Assembly (NCBI GenBank): GCA_946613195.1
Contig: CAMOFE010000001.1
Coordinates: forward strand, 8,151-72,150
Origin: an uncultured Alphaproteobacteria bacterium
Lineage (GTDB): Bacteria; Pseudomonadota; Alphaproteobacteria; Rs-D84
DNA: 64,000 nucleotides
Direction: 5' to 3'
The notes beneath the pieces were generated by a model that made no database searches, was not told the origin of the DNA, and worked only from the letters and a program-made list of their open reading frames with translations. Position 1 is the stretch's first letter; each line of letters opens with the position of its first letter. Made by a program: the position numbers and the translations under genes. This document shows, piece by piece, positions 1 through 9,043 of the stretch.

Positions 1-2
1 TA

Positions 3-143
3 ATTGCAATGGTTGATGGTAAAGATGCCAGACAAATTCGTGAAATGGATTTAGATGCCGAATTTGCCAGTCTGAATATACCGTTGGGGGCGGGGCGTAT
101 CAATGGTGTTAATTCTATGATTCGTTTTTTGCAAAATTTATGA
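3..143 (+). CDS. 5'-truncated CDS of unknown function, possibly the dcw-cluster gene upstream of ftsL
   Basis: Open frame runs in from the window edge and stops at TGA 141-143, directly upstream of the ftsL-like gene. The translation (..IAMVDGKDARQIREMDLDAEFASLNIPLGAGRINGVN..) matches no family I recognise. Confidence 0.3.
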   Translation: MAMVDGKDARQIREMDLDAEFASLNIPLGAGRINGVNSMIRFLQNL

Positions 144-184
144 TAAACTATAACAAGTTAAGAAAATAATCAGGTATTGTAGAT

Positions 185-475
185 ATGAGCGAAGACGAAA
201 AAATGTTTCATATTGGATTATGGTCGCTGGGGGCGGTTGTATTGCTGACCATTGCATTACAGGTATGCTATCGTACCCAAGATCGCGCGCGAAATCGTGT
301 GCGTGCCGATATTGTGCGTACACAACAAGAAATTGCTGTGGCGCAGGCAAATTTTGCATCTTTTGTGCGTCCCGAAGTTTTAAGAAATCTGGTCGGCAGC
401 ATCGCGCCAAAAAACGAAATTATCGGTTTTCATAAATCTGTATCCGTTGATGAATTGGAAAACAAAGAACAATAA
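185..475 (+). CDS. ftsL: FtsL-like cell-division protein (single TM, coiled-coil)
   Basis: 96 aa with one N-terminal TM segment (LWSLGAVVLLTIALQV) followed by a charged helical region. Its stop overlaps the ftsI ATG (TAATG), the classic dcw arrangement. Confidence 0.5.
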   Translation: MSEDEKMFHIGLWSLGAVVLLTIALQVCYRTQDRARNRVRADIVRTQQEIAVAQANFASFVRPEVLRNLVGSIAPKNEIIGFHKSVSVDELENKEQ

Positions 476-2100
476 TGTTTGAGATAGGGAGAGATATTTT
501 TAAGCATGGTTTTCGTGGTTGCAATACAAATATTGCTGGCCGTGGTCGCTTGCGCTTTATCTATTCTCTGTTTGTGTTGGCGTTTGTGATATTTGTTGCG
601 CGTACTTTGTTCTTGGCAATCCAGGGCACAGACAGAACGCGTCTGGCGGGTGCGGCGGGTCAATGGACGGTTCAACGCGCAGATATCGTTGATAGAAATG
701 GCGATATATTGGCAAAAAATATTATGTCAGGACACATAATGTTGCGCCCACAACAAATCAAAGACAAAGACAAAGCTGCGCGCGCAATTCACGATGCAAT
801 GCCGTATGAATATTCGTTGACGGATGCGTTGGCATTAGTAAATTCTGGTCGCAGATTTATGTATATTAAAAAGTATGCAAACCCGGCGGTGCGTGAAAAA
901 ATTGAATCTGCACGAATTCCAGGACTGGAAGTAGAAAAAATCCAAACACGTCGTTACCCAAAGCGCAGACTGTTTTCGCATGTGGTGGGTTTCGTTGGTA
1001 ATGATGGCCATGGGTTAGAAGGGGCAGAAAGAATATACGATGATTATTTGCGCGAAAATACATCGCCGTTGGTTCTATCTGTTGATTCGCGAATACAATC
1101 TGTGTTCTATGAACAATTATCAATCGCCATGCAAAAGTATCAAGCCAAAGGTGCCATGGGATTGTTAATAAATTCGCGCACAGGCGAAATGATTGCAATG
1201 GTATCTTTGCCAGATTATGATCCAGAAAATCTGGGAACTGGTTCAACGGCAAACCGTAAATTCCAACCATTACGCGGTTTGTTTGAGATGGGTTCAATAT
1301 TCAAGATATTTAACACAGCCATGGCATTTGAGAATCACATAAAAAAAGAATATTATGTTGCTGCACCATATAAAATCACAGATAAATTCGGTCGTGTGGC
1401 CGCAAAAATCAGCGATGTCAGAACTTTTAAGCCGCCGCGTCCAAATTTGTCTGTTGAAGAAATAATGTTGCATTCTTGCAATGCGGGCAGTGCACAAATT
1501 GCACTGGATTTACCAGATGGTGCACAAAAAGATTTCTTTGAGAGAATACACCTGAATAAACCGCTGGACCTGGAATTTGGCCGTACAGAACGAACATTGA
1601 TGCCGATGAAATGGGGACCGGTGGAACGTGCGACTGTGTCATTTGGACATGGTATATCTGTAACCCCAATGCATTTGTTGTTGGCGGTAAATGCGATGAC
1701 AAATGGCGGAATATATATTTACCCAACATTGCGCAAGCGCAGTATCGGTGCAGTAAATGGTGAACGCGTATTGGCACCAGAAATATCTGCAAAATTACGG
1801 GCAATTATGGTTCGTATCGCCGAAGAAACCAGTGGCAAGCAAGCGCGTGTGTCTGGAATTCAGATTGGCGGAAAAACTGCAACTGCGGAAAAACGTATAA
1901 ATGGGAAAATTGACCGCAAGAAAAATTTAACTGCGTTTGCAGGAATATTTCCTGCATCTGCCCCACAATATACAATATTAGTTATATTGGACGAACCCCA
2001 AGGTACAACAGAAACATGGGGATTGCGGACTGCGGCATGGAATGCGGTGCCGACCACTGGTAAAATATTAGATAGTATCCTGCCGTTGCTATTTGAGTAA
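475..2100 (+). CDS. ftsI: Peptidoglycan D,D-transpeptidase FtsI (PBP3)
   Basis: N-terminal TM anchor. Carries the SXXK (GSIFKIF), SXN (HSCNAG) and KT(G/A) (GGKTATAE) transpeptidase motifs. Position directly after ftsL fits. Confidence 0.85.
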   Translation: MFEIGRDIFKHGFRGCNTNIAGRGRLRFIYSLFVLAFVIFVARTLFLAIQGTDRTRLAGAAGQWTVQRADIVDRNGDILAKNIMSGHIMLRPQQIKDKDKAARAIHDAMPYEYSLTDALALVNSGRRFMYIKKYANPAVREKIESARIPGLEVEKIQTRRYPKRRLFSHVVGFVGNDGHGLEGAERIYDDYLRENTSPLVLSVDSRIQSVFYEQLSIAMQKYQAKGAMGLLINSRTGEMIAMVSLPDYDPENLGTGSTANRKFQPLRGLFEMGSIFKIFNTAMAFENHIKKEYYVAAPYKITDKFGRVAAKISDVRTFKPPRPNLSVEEIMLHSCNAGSAQIALDLPDGAQKDFFERIHLNKPLDLEFGRTERTLMPMKWGPVERATVSFGHGISVTPMHLLLAVNAMTNGGIYIYPTLRKRSIGAVNGERVLAPEISAKLRAIMVRIAEETSGKQARVSGIQIGGKTATAEKRINGKIDRKKNLTAFAGIFPASAPQYTILVILDEPQGTTETWGLRTAAWNAVPTTGKILDSILPLLFE

Positions 2101-2142
2101 ATTTCCTGTATAATAGTATTGATAATAAAAAAAGAGTAAAAG

Positions 2143-3906
2143 TTGAGAAAGATAGTGGAAAAATCCATGCTGGGTAATGCATGGGTTGTGTCGGCGCAGG
2201 GTTTGTCTGATAATCATGCCGGTGCAAATGATTTGGTTGCCAGAATATTGGAATCGCGTGGAATAACAGGTAATACGGCGGTGCAACGGTTTTTGCATCC
2301 CAGTATCAAGGAATATATGCCTGACCCGTTTGTCTTGCGTGATATGGAACGCGCTGTGAAAATAATCGCAGATTCTATACTGGCGGGTGAAAAAATAGCG
2401 ATTTATGGTGATTATGATGTTGATGGTATAACATCAACAGGTGTATTCGTAAAATATTTACGTGCATTGGGTTGTGATGTTGTTTGGCATTTGCCAACCC
2501 GCGAAGGCGAAGGTTATGGATTAAATACATCTGCAATTGATGAAATCGCAGATAGTGGCGTGCAACTGATGATAACCGTTGATTGCGGAATCAGTGGTGT
2601 AGCAGAGGTTGCACACGCACGTGCGCGTGGCATGCGTGTGGTTATAACAGACCATCATTCCCCAGACAGTGTTTTGCCAGATGCAGATGCGGTTGTTAAC
2701 CCAAAACGTGGTGATGATACATCAGAAATGTCTTACCTTGCGGGTGTCGGGGTTGCTTTTTTAACAGTTGTTGCATTAAATCGCGAATTAAAGTCGCGCA
2801 CATTGCCAGATGAGATGCGTCATACAATAGAAAATACAAATTTATTAAATTATATGGATTTTGTCGCACTGGGGACGATATGCGATACGATGCCGTTGAT
2901 TGGATTAAATCGGGCTTTTGTGGCAACAGGATTGAAAGTCTTGGATTTACGTCAGAACCTGGGGCTGCGCGTGTTGATGAATGTTGCAGGTATAAAACAC
3001 GCATCTGTTTATGCCGCAGGATTTGCAATTGGTCCGCGTCTGAATGCGGCGGGTCGCTTGTCTTCGGCGGCACCTGCATTGGAATTGTTGTTGACCGATA
3101 ATCCATTAATTGCAAATGATTTGGCGAATCGCTTGCATAATATGAACCAAGAAAGAATAGATATACAGAACGCAATAATGATACGCGCAGATGAAATTGC
3201 ACGCGAATGTTGCAGTGCAGGTCGGTGCAGTTTATTTGTTTGTGGCGAAAATTGGCATGGTGGCGTTATGGGCATTATTGCCGGACGATTAAAAGATAAA
3301 TATAATTTGCCGACATGTGTTGCGACAATATCAGATGGTGTTATAAATGGTTCTGGACGTTCTGTGCATGGCGTTGATTTGGGCAAAATAATACACCAGG
3401 CATTATCTGCGGGAATTATTACCGAAGGTGGCGGTCATGCGGCGGCGGCGGGTTTTTCATTAGATGCGACCAATCAAGATGAATTTTGCAAATTTTTGGA
3501 ACAGTCTGTATTGGAACAATTAAACGGTGTTCCGCCGTCTGACGAAATTACAGTTGATGCAGAAATAGATTCTGGGGCGGCAAATATGGAATTGGTGCGT
3601 GAATTATCTGCGCTGGCACCGTTTGGCCAGGGTAACCCAGAACCAACACTGGTTCTGCGTGGGGCGGTATTGCGATATGCGATACCTATGGGAAATGGTT
3701 CGCACTTGCGCGGTGTGGTTGCGACCAGCAATGGTTCAGATTTGTCTTTTGTTGGTTTTAATATGGTTGGAACGCCGGTTGGTGATTTTTTACTGGACGA
3801 TGCGAATACAAACACTAAAATAGCAATATTGGGTAAATTAAAAGAAAACGAATACAAAGGACATGTCAGTGCACAGTTCTTTTTAGACGACATCGCGATA
3901 ATATAA
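2143..3906 (+). CDS. recJ: Single-stranded-DNA-specific exonuclease RecJ
   Basis: DHH motifs (IYGDYDVDGITS, ITDHH), a DHHA1 region (GGGHAAAAG) and a C-terminal OB-like domain. 587 aa. Confidence 0.88.
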   Translation: MRKIVEKSMLGNAWVVSAQGLSDNHAGANDLVARILESRGITGNTAVQRFLHPSIKEYMPDPFVLRDMERAVKIIADSILAGEKIAIYGDYDVDGITSTGVFVKYLRALGCDVVWHLPTREGEGYGLNTSAIDEIADSGVQLMITVDCGISGVAEVAHARARGMRVVITDHHSPDSVLPDADAVVNPKRGDDTSEMSYLAGVGVAFLTVVALNRELKSRTLPDEMRHTIENTNLLNYMDFVALGTICDTMPLIGLNRAFVATGLKVLDLRQNLGLRVLMNVAGIKHASVYAAGFAIGPRLNAAGRLSSAAPALELLLTDNPLIANDLANRLHNMNQERIDIQNAIMIRADEIARECCSAGRCSLFVCGENWHGGVMGIIAGRLKDKYNLPTCVATISDGVINGSGRSVHGVDLGKIIHQALSAGIITEGGGHAAAAGFSLDATNQDEFCKFLEQSVLEQLNGVPPSDEITVDAEIDSGAANMELVRELSALAPFGQGNPEPTLVLRGAVLRYAIPMGNGSHLRGVVATSNGSDLSFVGFNMVGTPVGDFLLDDANTNTKIAILGKLKENEYKGHVSAQFFLDDIAII

Positions 3907-3909
3907 AAT

Positions 3910-4863
3910 ATGGAACAACAGAGTCTGAATTTATTTGTAGAAAAAATAAAGGCTGCGGAAAATATCGCAGTTATTGCACATAAAAATCCAGATGGTGATG
4001 CGTTGTGCAGTGTGTTGGCTATGGCACGATTGCTGGAAATAAATTATGACAAACAGTGTACATGTATATATGATGGAAATATTCCTGATAATTTGGATGC
4101 TGTGCCGTTGCGCAAATGGATGCATTACTATGCCAAGGTAGAAGAACCAACCAAATTTGATTTAACGATTTTGCTAGATTATGGGACGATACGTAATATT
4201 GGCGGCACGATTGATTTTATAAAAAATTCTGATTTTGTGATTGAAATTGATCATCATCAAAATGATGCGCCAATCGCACATATGTGCATGAATGATTCTG
4301 ATGCGGCGGCAACCGCGGTTCTGATTTATCGCATAATACAACAATTGGGTTGGGAATATGATTCGTCTGTTACAAATTTGTTAGCGGTTGCAATATTGAC
4401 AGATACGGGAAATTTCCGATTCACCAGAAATGGTGAAGCATTGCGGATAATGGCTGACTTGGTTGATTATGGGGTCAGTATTAGATATCTGCAAGATTTA
4501 ATGAATGATAAACCGCGCCGTGCTGTCCAGACTGAATCTGCGTGTGCCGCAAATGCAAAGTTTTATCATCATGGTCGGCTGGCGGTGGCGATAATTACAC
4601 ACAGTGATTACAAGCATCTGGATGGACGCGGTGAATTGGTGTTGTCTTTATTGCGTCAGATAAAAGGTGTTGAATATGTTGTGTTGTTAAAAGAACAACG
4701 GGAAAATCAAATTGGCGTTTCTTTCCGCGGACGTACATGTCCTGTGGATGGGGTTGCAACCGCATTTGGTGGTGGTGGTCATCGGTTCGCATCTGGGGCG
4801 GTGGTTCAGGATACGCTGGCAAATGTGGAAAAACGTGTCATAGATGCATTCAGGAGGTTATAA
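3910..4863 (+). CDS. DHH/DHHA1-family phosphoesterase (NrnA-like oligoribonuclease / pAp phosphatase)
   Basis: Motifs IAHKNPDGDALCS, DHHQND and GGGGH in a 317-aa protein, the typical NrnA size. There is a 4-nt gap to recJ. Confidence 0.7.
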   Translation: MEQQSLNLFVEKIKAAENIAVIAHKNPDGDALCSVLAMARLLEINYDKQCTCIYDGNIPDNLDAVPLRKWMHYYAKVEEPTKFDLTILLDYGTIRNIGGTIDFIKNSDFVIEIDHHQNDAPIAHMCMNDSDAAATAVLIYRIIQQLGWEYDSSVTNLLAVAILTDTGNFRFTRNGEALRIMADLVDYGVSIRYLQDLMNDKPRRAVQTESACAANAKFYHHGRLAVAIITHSDYKHLDGRGELVLSLLRQIKGVEYVVLLKEQRENQIGVSFRGRTCPVDGVATAFGGGGHRFASGAVVQDTLANVEKRVIDAFRRL

Positions 4864-5482
4864 AATGTTAAAAAAACTAATCATTGCTTGTTTATGTGCA
4901 TTGTTTGTGTATGGTGCAAATGCGGCTGTGGACAAACAGTTGGTTGTAAATGCTGAAAAATACTTGAATGCGATTACTGGTTTAACGGGGGACTTTACAC
5001 AAAAATCTGCAAAAAGAACAGATACAGGAAAGTTTTCAATGTTGCGTCCGGGACGTGTTCGTTTGGACTATAACGAAATGCCAATTCAATTAATCGCAGA
5101 CGGCAAAGATTTATATTTCTTTGATAAATCACTGGACCAGATAACGACTGTGCCATTAACCAGTACGCCTGCGGGTATTTTAATCAGAAAGAAAATAGAC
5201 TTGCGTAACGCCGATATAAATGTTGTTGATACGAATGAAAACAAAACATCTTTTTCGTTAAAGATGAATTTACGCGGTCAAGAAGGCTTGGGTAATATGA
5301 CGGTCGTGTTTGATAAATCGCCGGTTAAATTACAATCGTGGACGGTGGTTGATGCAACAGGTGCCACAACCAGCGTCGTGTTCAGTAATCTGAAAACTAA
5401 AACAAATTTTGACAAGAATTATTTCCAGATTTCCCGTCATAAAACAATCAGTGGTGGCGGTGGCGATGAATTCTATGATTAA
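4844..5482 (+). CDS. LolA-like outer-membrane lipoprotein carrier protein (periplasmic)
   Basis: Signal peptide (MLKKLIIACLCALFVYGANA) on a ~200-aa soluble domain with a LolA-like beta-sandwich pattern (GDFTQKS..). The real start is probably the internal MLKKL. Confidence 0.55.
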   Translation: MHSGGYKMLKKLIIACLCALFVYGANAAVDKQLVVNAEKYLNAITGLTGDFTQKSAKRTDTGKFSMLRPGRVRLDYNEMPIQLIADGKDLYFFDKSLDQITTVPLTSTPAGILIRKKIDLRNADINVVDTNENKTSFSLKMNLRGQEGLGNMTVVFDKSPVKLQSWTVVDATGATTSVVFSNLKTKTNFDKNYFQISRHKTISGGGGDEFYD

Positions 5483-5485
5483 AAA

Positions 5486-5758
5486 ATGTTCGGAATAAGT
5501 TTTGCAGAATTTTTAGTAATATTATTGGTTGCCATTTTGGTGATACCTGCCAAAAATTGGCCAGATGTGGCACGTTTTTTGGCGCGCATAGTTCGCGCTG
5601 TACGCACGATTTTGTGGCGTATAACAGATGCATCTGAAAAAATCAAAGAACAAATTGACTTGGAAAAACCGATTGATGATATAATTAAAACAACCACAGA
5701 CGATATGCTGGATGCGGTGTCTGTACGGCGAACACGGCGGGGCAGGGGCAAAAAATGA
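5486..5758 (+). CDS. Sec-independent translocase component, TatA/TatB family
   Basis: N-terminal MFGISFAEFLVILLVAILVI TM segment with an amphipathic helix and a charged tail. Its end overlaps the tatC start. Confidence 0.75.
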   Translation: MFGISFAEFLVILLVAILVIPAKNWPDVARFLARIVRAVRTILWRITDASEKIKEQIDLEKPIDDIIKTTTDDMLDAVSVRRTRRGRGKK

Positions 5759-6462
5759 AGAAAATGACACTAATGCAACATTTTTCTGAATTGCGACGCC
5801 GAATGATGTGTGTGTTGTTGATTTTTTTAATTTTATTTGGTGTCGGTTGGTATGTATCACCACATGTTCTAGATTTTATATCGCGCCCATTGTTTGATGT
5901 TTGGCCAAACGGTATCCTGTTGTATACAGGGCTGACAGATGGATTTATGATACGGTTATCGTTATCGGCATTGATTGGTTTGTGTGCAACTGTGCCAGCA
6001 ATATTATGGCACATTTGGGCGTTTATAACACCTGGATTAAAAATACGTGAACGTCGGTTTATATGGCCGATAATGATTGCATCGCCTGTACTGTTTGTAT
6101 TGGGTGCGGCATTTGCATTTTATTTATTGTTCCCGGTCGTATTTAGTTTCTTTATAGACATGAATAAATCAACTGCGGTTCCGGCAATGATAATGCCGGT
6201 TGTTCGTGATTATTTGTCTTTTTCATTGCGTTTATTAAAGATGTTTGGTTTGGCATTTCAGTTGCCATTGATAATGATAATGTTAAATCGTTGTGGGGTT
6301 TTGTCGCGTACGCGGGCATCTGGGATGCGGCGATATGCAATTTGTGGAATTGTAATAATTGCGGCTGTGTTAACACCACCAGATATCGTATCCCAGGTTT
6401 TATTAGCCGTGCCAATGTATTTGTTGTTTGAGGCAGGATTATTATTTATGCATCGCGATTAA
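5755..6462 (+). CDS. tatC: Sec-independent protein translocase TatC
   Basis: Six predicted TM segments and the conserved N-terminus (HFSELRRRMM.. / LTPPD..). 235 aa. Confidence 0.9.
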   Translation: MKKMTLMQHFSELRRRMMCVLLIFLILFGVGWYVSPHVLDFISRPLFDVWPNGILLYTGLTDGFMIRLSLSALIGLCATVPAILWHIWAFITPGLKIRERRFIWPIMIASPVLFVLGAAFAFYLLFPVVFSFFIDMNKSTAVPAMIMPVVRDYLSFSLRLLKMFGLAFQLPLIMIMLNRCGVLSRTRASGMRRYAICGIVIIAAVLTPPDIVSQVLLAVPMYLLFEAGLLFMHRD

Positions 6463-6473
6463 ATGTGCGTTAA

Positions 6474-7979
6474 TTGCTTTTTTGTGATATAATTGTTTTT
6501 GTGAAGAATTGGTTATTGGTTTTTGTATTTGGTTTAATGCCGATTTTATCGGCATGTGATTTACACCCAAAAATAACAAATATTCCAGATTCTGTTGGCG
6601 ATTTTATTGAAACAAGGTATCCTGCGTTGCTGGCAGATCCCGATACCCAGCCAGAAATTTATAATTCGGCGGCAACGGACTATGGCGTTTACGCATCGCC
6701 TGAATTATATGGCGGAACAACCCCAGATGATTATGTTTTGTATGCCAGTGTTGATGATTATATTTTGCCGCCTGATGATACATCAGATGATGCAGAATTA
6801 TTATCAGTACCCACAGAACGACCGCAAATTGAATATGTCCCAGACGAATCAGATACAGAAATATCAGACGATTTTTTAAGTGTGCCAAAATATACGCAAC
6901 CCACAGTACAGTCAAAAACTGAACCTGAAAAAAATTCTGGTGAAATAATTGTTGTTCGTGGTGATACATTATATGCGTTGGCGCGCGCAAACAACACAAC
7001 AGTTGATGCATTGGCGCGTGAAAATAATCTGAATCAGCCATATACACTGCGTGTGGGACAAAAACTAAAATTACCATCAGGAAAAGTTTCACAACCAAAA
7101 CCAGAATCAAAAACCGCGCCAAAAATAGAACAAAAACCGATTGTAAAACCGGAACCTAAACCTGTTGTAAAAGAAATACAAAAACCAGCGCCAAAGCCCG
7201 CACCAAAACCAAAAACGACACCCAAAACAACGACACGTGTGAATCTGACGGATATAACAGTTGGGGCAGGCGATACACTGTATTCACTGTCGCGAAAGTA
7301 TGCAGTGCCAGTCAATGATTTGGCGGTTATAAATAATTTATCTGCGCCGTTTACTTTACGCGTGGGCCAGAAAATCAAGGTTCCAAATGTTGCGGCGGCA
7401 AACGCGCGCGCCGCAAATGTATCAACCAAGACAGCATCGCCCAAACCAAAAACGGTAACCAAGCCAAAATCAGAACCTGTGAAGAAAAAAACAGAACCTA
7501 AAAAAGAAAGTGCAAAACCAAAAACGCAACCAGTCCAAACAAAAAGTCAGACCAAGATATCGTCTGACCCAACCCAGAAATTACCAAAGATTGCGGCGCG
7601 TTCGTCGTCCAAGTTTTCGTGGCCTGTGCGTGGTAAAATATTGTCTGCATATGGCACAAAGTCCACAGGTCTGTTTAATGATGGTATTAACATATCTGCA
7701 TCAATGGGCGCAAGCGTGCGTGCCGCAGAAAACGGTGTCGTTGCATATGCCGGGAACGAAGTAAAAGGTATGGGGAATTTAATAATAATTCAGCATAGTG
7801 ATGGTTGGATGACGGTATATGCGCATTTGGATACAATTGGTTTGCGCCACGGTGCGCGTGTTAATGTTGGTGATAAAATAGGAACTGTTGGAAAAACCGG
7901 CAAGGTATCAGAACCCCAGTTACATTTTGAGATTCGGCGTGGCACAAAATCATACAATCCAACAAAATACTTAAAATAA
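6474..7979 (+). CDS. LysM-domain M23 peptidase (NlpD/EnvC-like murein hydrolase activator), probably a lipoprotein
   Basis: Two LysM repeats (VVRGDTLYALA.., VGAGDTLYSLS..), a Pro/Lys-rich linker, and a C-terminal M23 domain (HSDGW..YAHL.., LHFEIRRG). The lipobox start is probably the internal MPILSAC. Confidence 0.85.
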   Translation: MLFCDIIVFVKNWLLVFVFGLMPILSACDLHPKITNIPDSVGDFIETRYPALLADPDTQPEIYNSAATDYGVYASPELYGGTTPDDYVLYASVDDYILPPDDTSDDAELLSVPTERPQIEYVPDESDTEISDDFLSVPKYTQPTVQSKTEPEKNSGEIIVVRGDTLYALARANNTTVDALARENNLNQPYTLRVGQKLKLPSGKVSQPKPESKTAPKIEQKPIVKPEPKPVVKEIQKPAPKPAPKPKTTPKTTTRVNLTDITVGAGDTLYSLSRKYAVPVNDLAVINNLSAPFTLRVGQKIKVPNVAAANARAANVSTKTASPKPKTVTKPKSEPVKKKTEPKKESAKPKTQPVQTKSQTKISSDPTQKLPKIAARSSSKFSWPVRGKILSAYGTKSTGLFNDGINISASMGASVRAAENGVVAYAGNEVKGMGNLIIIQHSDGWMTVYAHLDTIGLRHGARVNVGDKIGTVGKTGKVSEPQLHFEIRRGTKSYNPTKYLK

Positions 7980-7982
7980 CAA

Positions 7983-8007
7983 TCGCCCCATGTGGGGCGA
8001 TTTTTAA
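7983..8007 (+). terminator. Rho-independent terminator (GC hairpin CGCCCCATGTGGGGCG + T-tract)
   Basis: Perfect hairpin followed by TTTTT immediately after the M23 peptidase stop codon. Confidence 0.6.
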
Positions 8008-8060
8008 GTGAATAGTGAAAAGTGAATTAATGTATAAATACCCGCACAAACTGTGCGGGC
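8004..8060. repeat. Partial copy of dispersed palindromic repeat family A (TAAGTGAATAGTGAAAAGT.. with CCCGCAC..GTGCGGG hairpin)
   Basis: Shares the TAAGTGAATAGTGAAAAGTGAAT head and the CCCGCAC-loop-GTGCGGG hairpin with copies at 43.7 kb and 61.15 kb. Confidence 0.6.
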
Positions 8061-8073
8061 TAATAAATTTTTG

Positions 8074-8149
8074 TGGTGGACGCGCAGGGACTCGAACCCT
8101 GGACCCACTGATTAAGAGTCAGTTGCTCTACCAACTGAGCTACGCATCC
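8074..8149 (-). tRNA. tRNA-Lys (anticodon CTT)
   Basis: The reverse complement folds as a cloverleaf: acceptor GGATGCG/CGCGTCC, anticodon loop CTCTTAA, T-arm GGTTCGAGTCC, 3' CCA. 76 nt. Confidence 0.88.
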
Positions 8150-8304
8150 AAAACCGTACGCAACGCGCATTATAATCTTTTTTCTGCCAATTGCAAGTTT
8201 TTATCATATGTGGTTTGGGTATCCATACCTATATAAATCTGCGATTTCATCTGGTAAACTGATTATATGTTGATATCCAATCTTTATAACCAAAAGGAGA
8301 GAAA

Positions 8305-8919
8305 ATGAAGAAAATCTTAATATCAACTTTGGCCGTTATGATGTCTGTGCCGGCATTCGCTGGACACAGTGGTATGGCAGACAGCAGTGATTTACAGTTC
8401 ATGGGACTGGATGTATATATGGGATTGCGCGGGGGATTGGGGTATAACAACCTGAATTACCGTTTGGCAGATTCTAAAAAATCTATGACCGATACAGTAT
8501 GGCAAGGACGCGCGGCATTGGGCTTGGAAATGTGCGATACCGTACGCAGTGAAATTGAATGGTCGCTGTATGGAAAGTCAAAAGATACTGCAACATTTGG
8601 CGATGCCGGCAGAACATCTGTAAAGACAGAATTGCAGACATTGATGTGGAATTCATATTGGGAATACAGCGAATATGAAATCATTCGTCCGTTCATCGGT
8701 GTTGGTGCAGGTCTGGCATTTTCCAAAGTTAAACAAGATTCTGAATTCTATGGTTATGACAGCGATGCCAAAACACGTTTCACAGGTATGGGTTCAGTTG
8801 GTGTAACATTTGACTGGAATCGTTTTGCGGTTGATGTTGCGGCGCGTTATAATTATGTCAATATTGAATCTGGTTTACACAACTTTGGTGGCGATATCGG
8901 TGTCAGATTTATGTTCTAA
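8305..8919 (+). CDS. Small outer-membrane beta-barrel protein (OMP/opacity-porin-like surface antigen)
   Basis: Signal peptide (..SVPAFA), alternating amphipathic beta-strands, and a C-terminal aromatic residue (..RFMF) typical of OMP beta-barrels. Confidence 0.6.
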   Translation: MKKILISTLAVMMSVPAFAGHSGMADSSDLQFMGLDVYMGLRGGLGYNNLNYRLADSKKSMTDTVWQGRAALGLEMCDTVRSEIEWSLYGKSKDTATFGDAGRTSVKTELQTLMWNSYWEYSEYEIIRPFIGVGAGLAFSKVKQDSEFYGYDSDAKTRFTGMGSVGVTFDWNRFAVDVAARYNYVNIESGLHNFGGDIGVRFMF

Positions 8920-8921
8920 TA

Positions 8922-8948
8922 AAAAATCGGCGCAAGCCGATTTTTTTT
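8922..8948 (+). terminator. Rho-independent terminator
   Basis: AAAAAATCGGCGCAAGCCGATTTTTTTT after the OMP stop codon. Confidence 0.6.
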
Positions 8949-8983
8949 GGTTGCAGGTTGTATGTTGTTAGTGTTTTTTTATC

Positions 8984-9034
8984 ACAGGGCAGAGAGTAAC
9001 GAAAGGACCAGCAACCAAAAAATCATAAATCTTT
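8984..9034. repeat. Dispersed repeat family B (..CAGAGAG(T/C)AACGAAAG..ACCAGCAACCAAAAAATCATAAATC..)
   Basis: Near-identical ~50-nt element is also found at 37735-37792 and 45035-45085, each upstream of a gene start. Confidence 0.6.
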
Positions 9035-9043
9035 TTTGCCCCC

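Noticed and set aside
866-1804. Antisense ORFs (143, 67 and 125 aa) inside ftsI
   Set aside because: They lie wholly within a well-supported coding region on the opposite strand. These are shadow ORFs with no independent signals.
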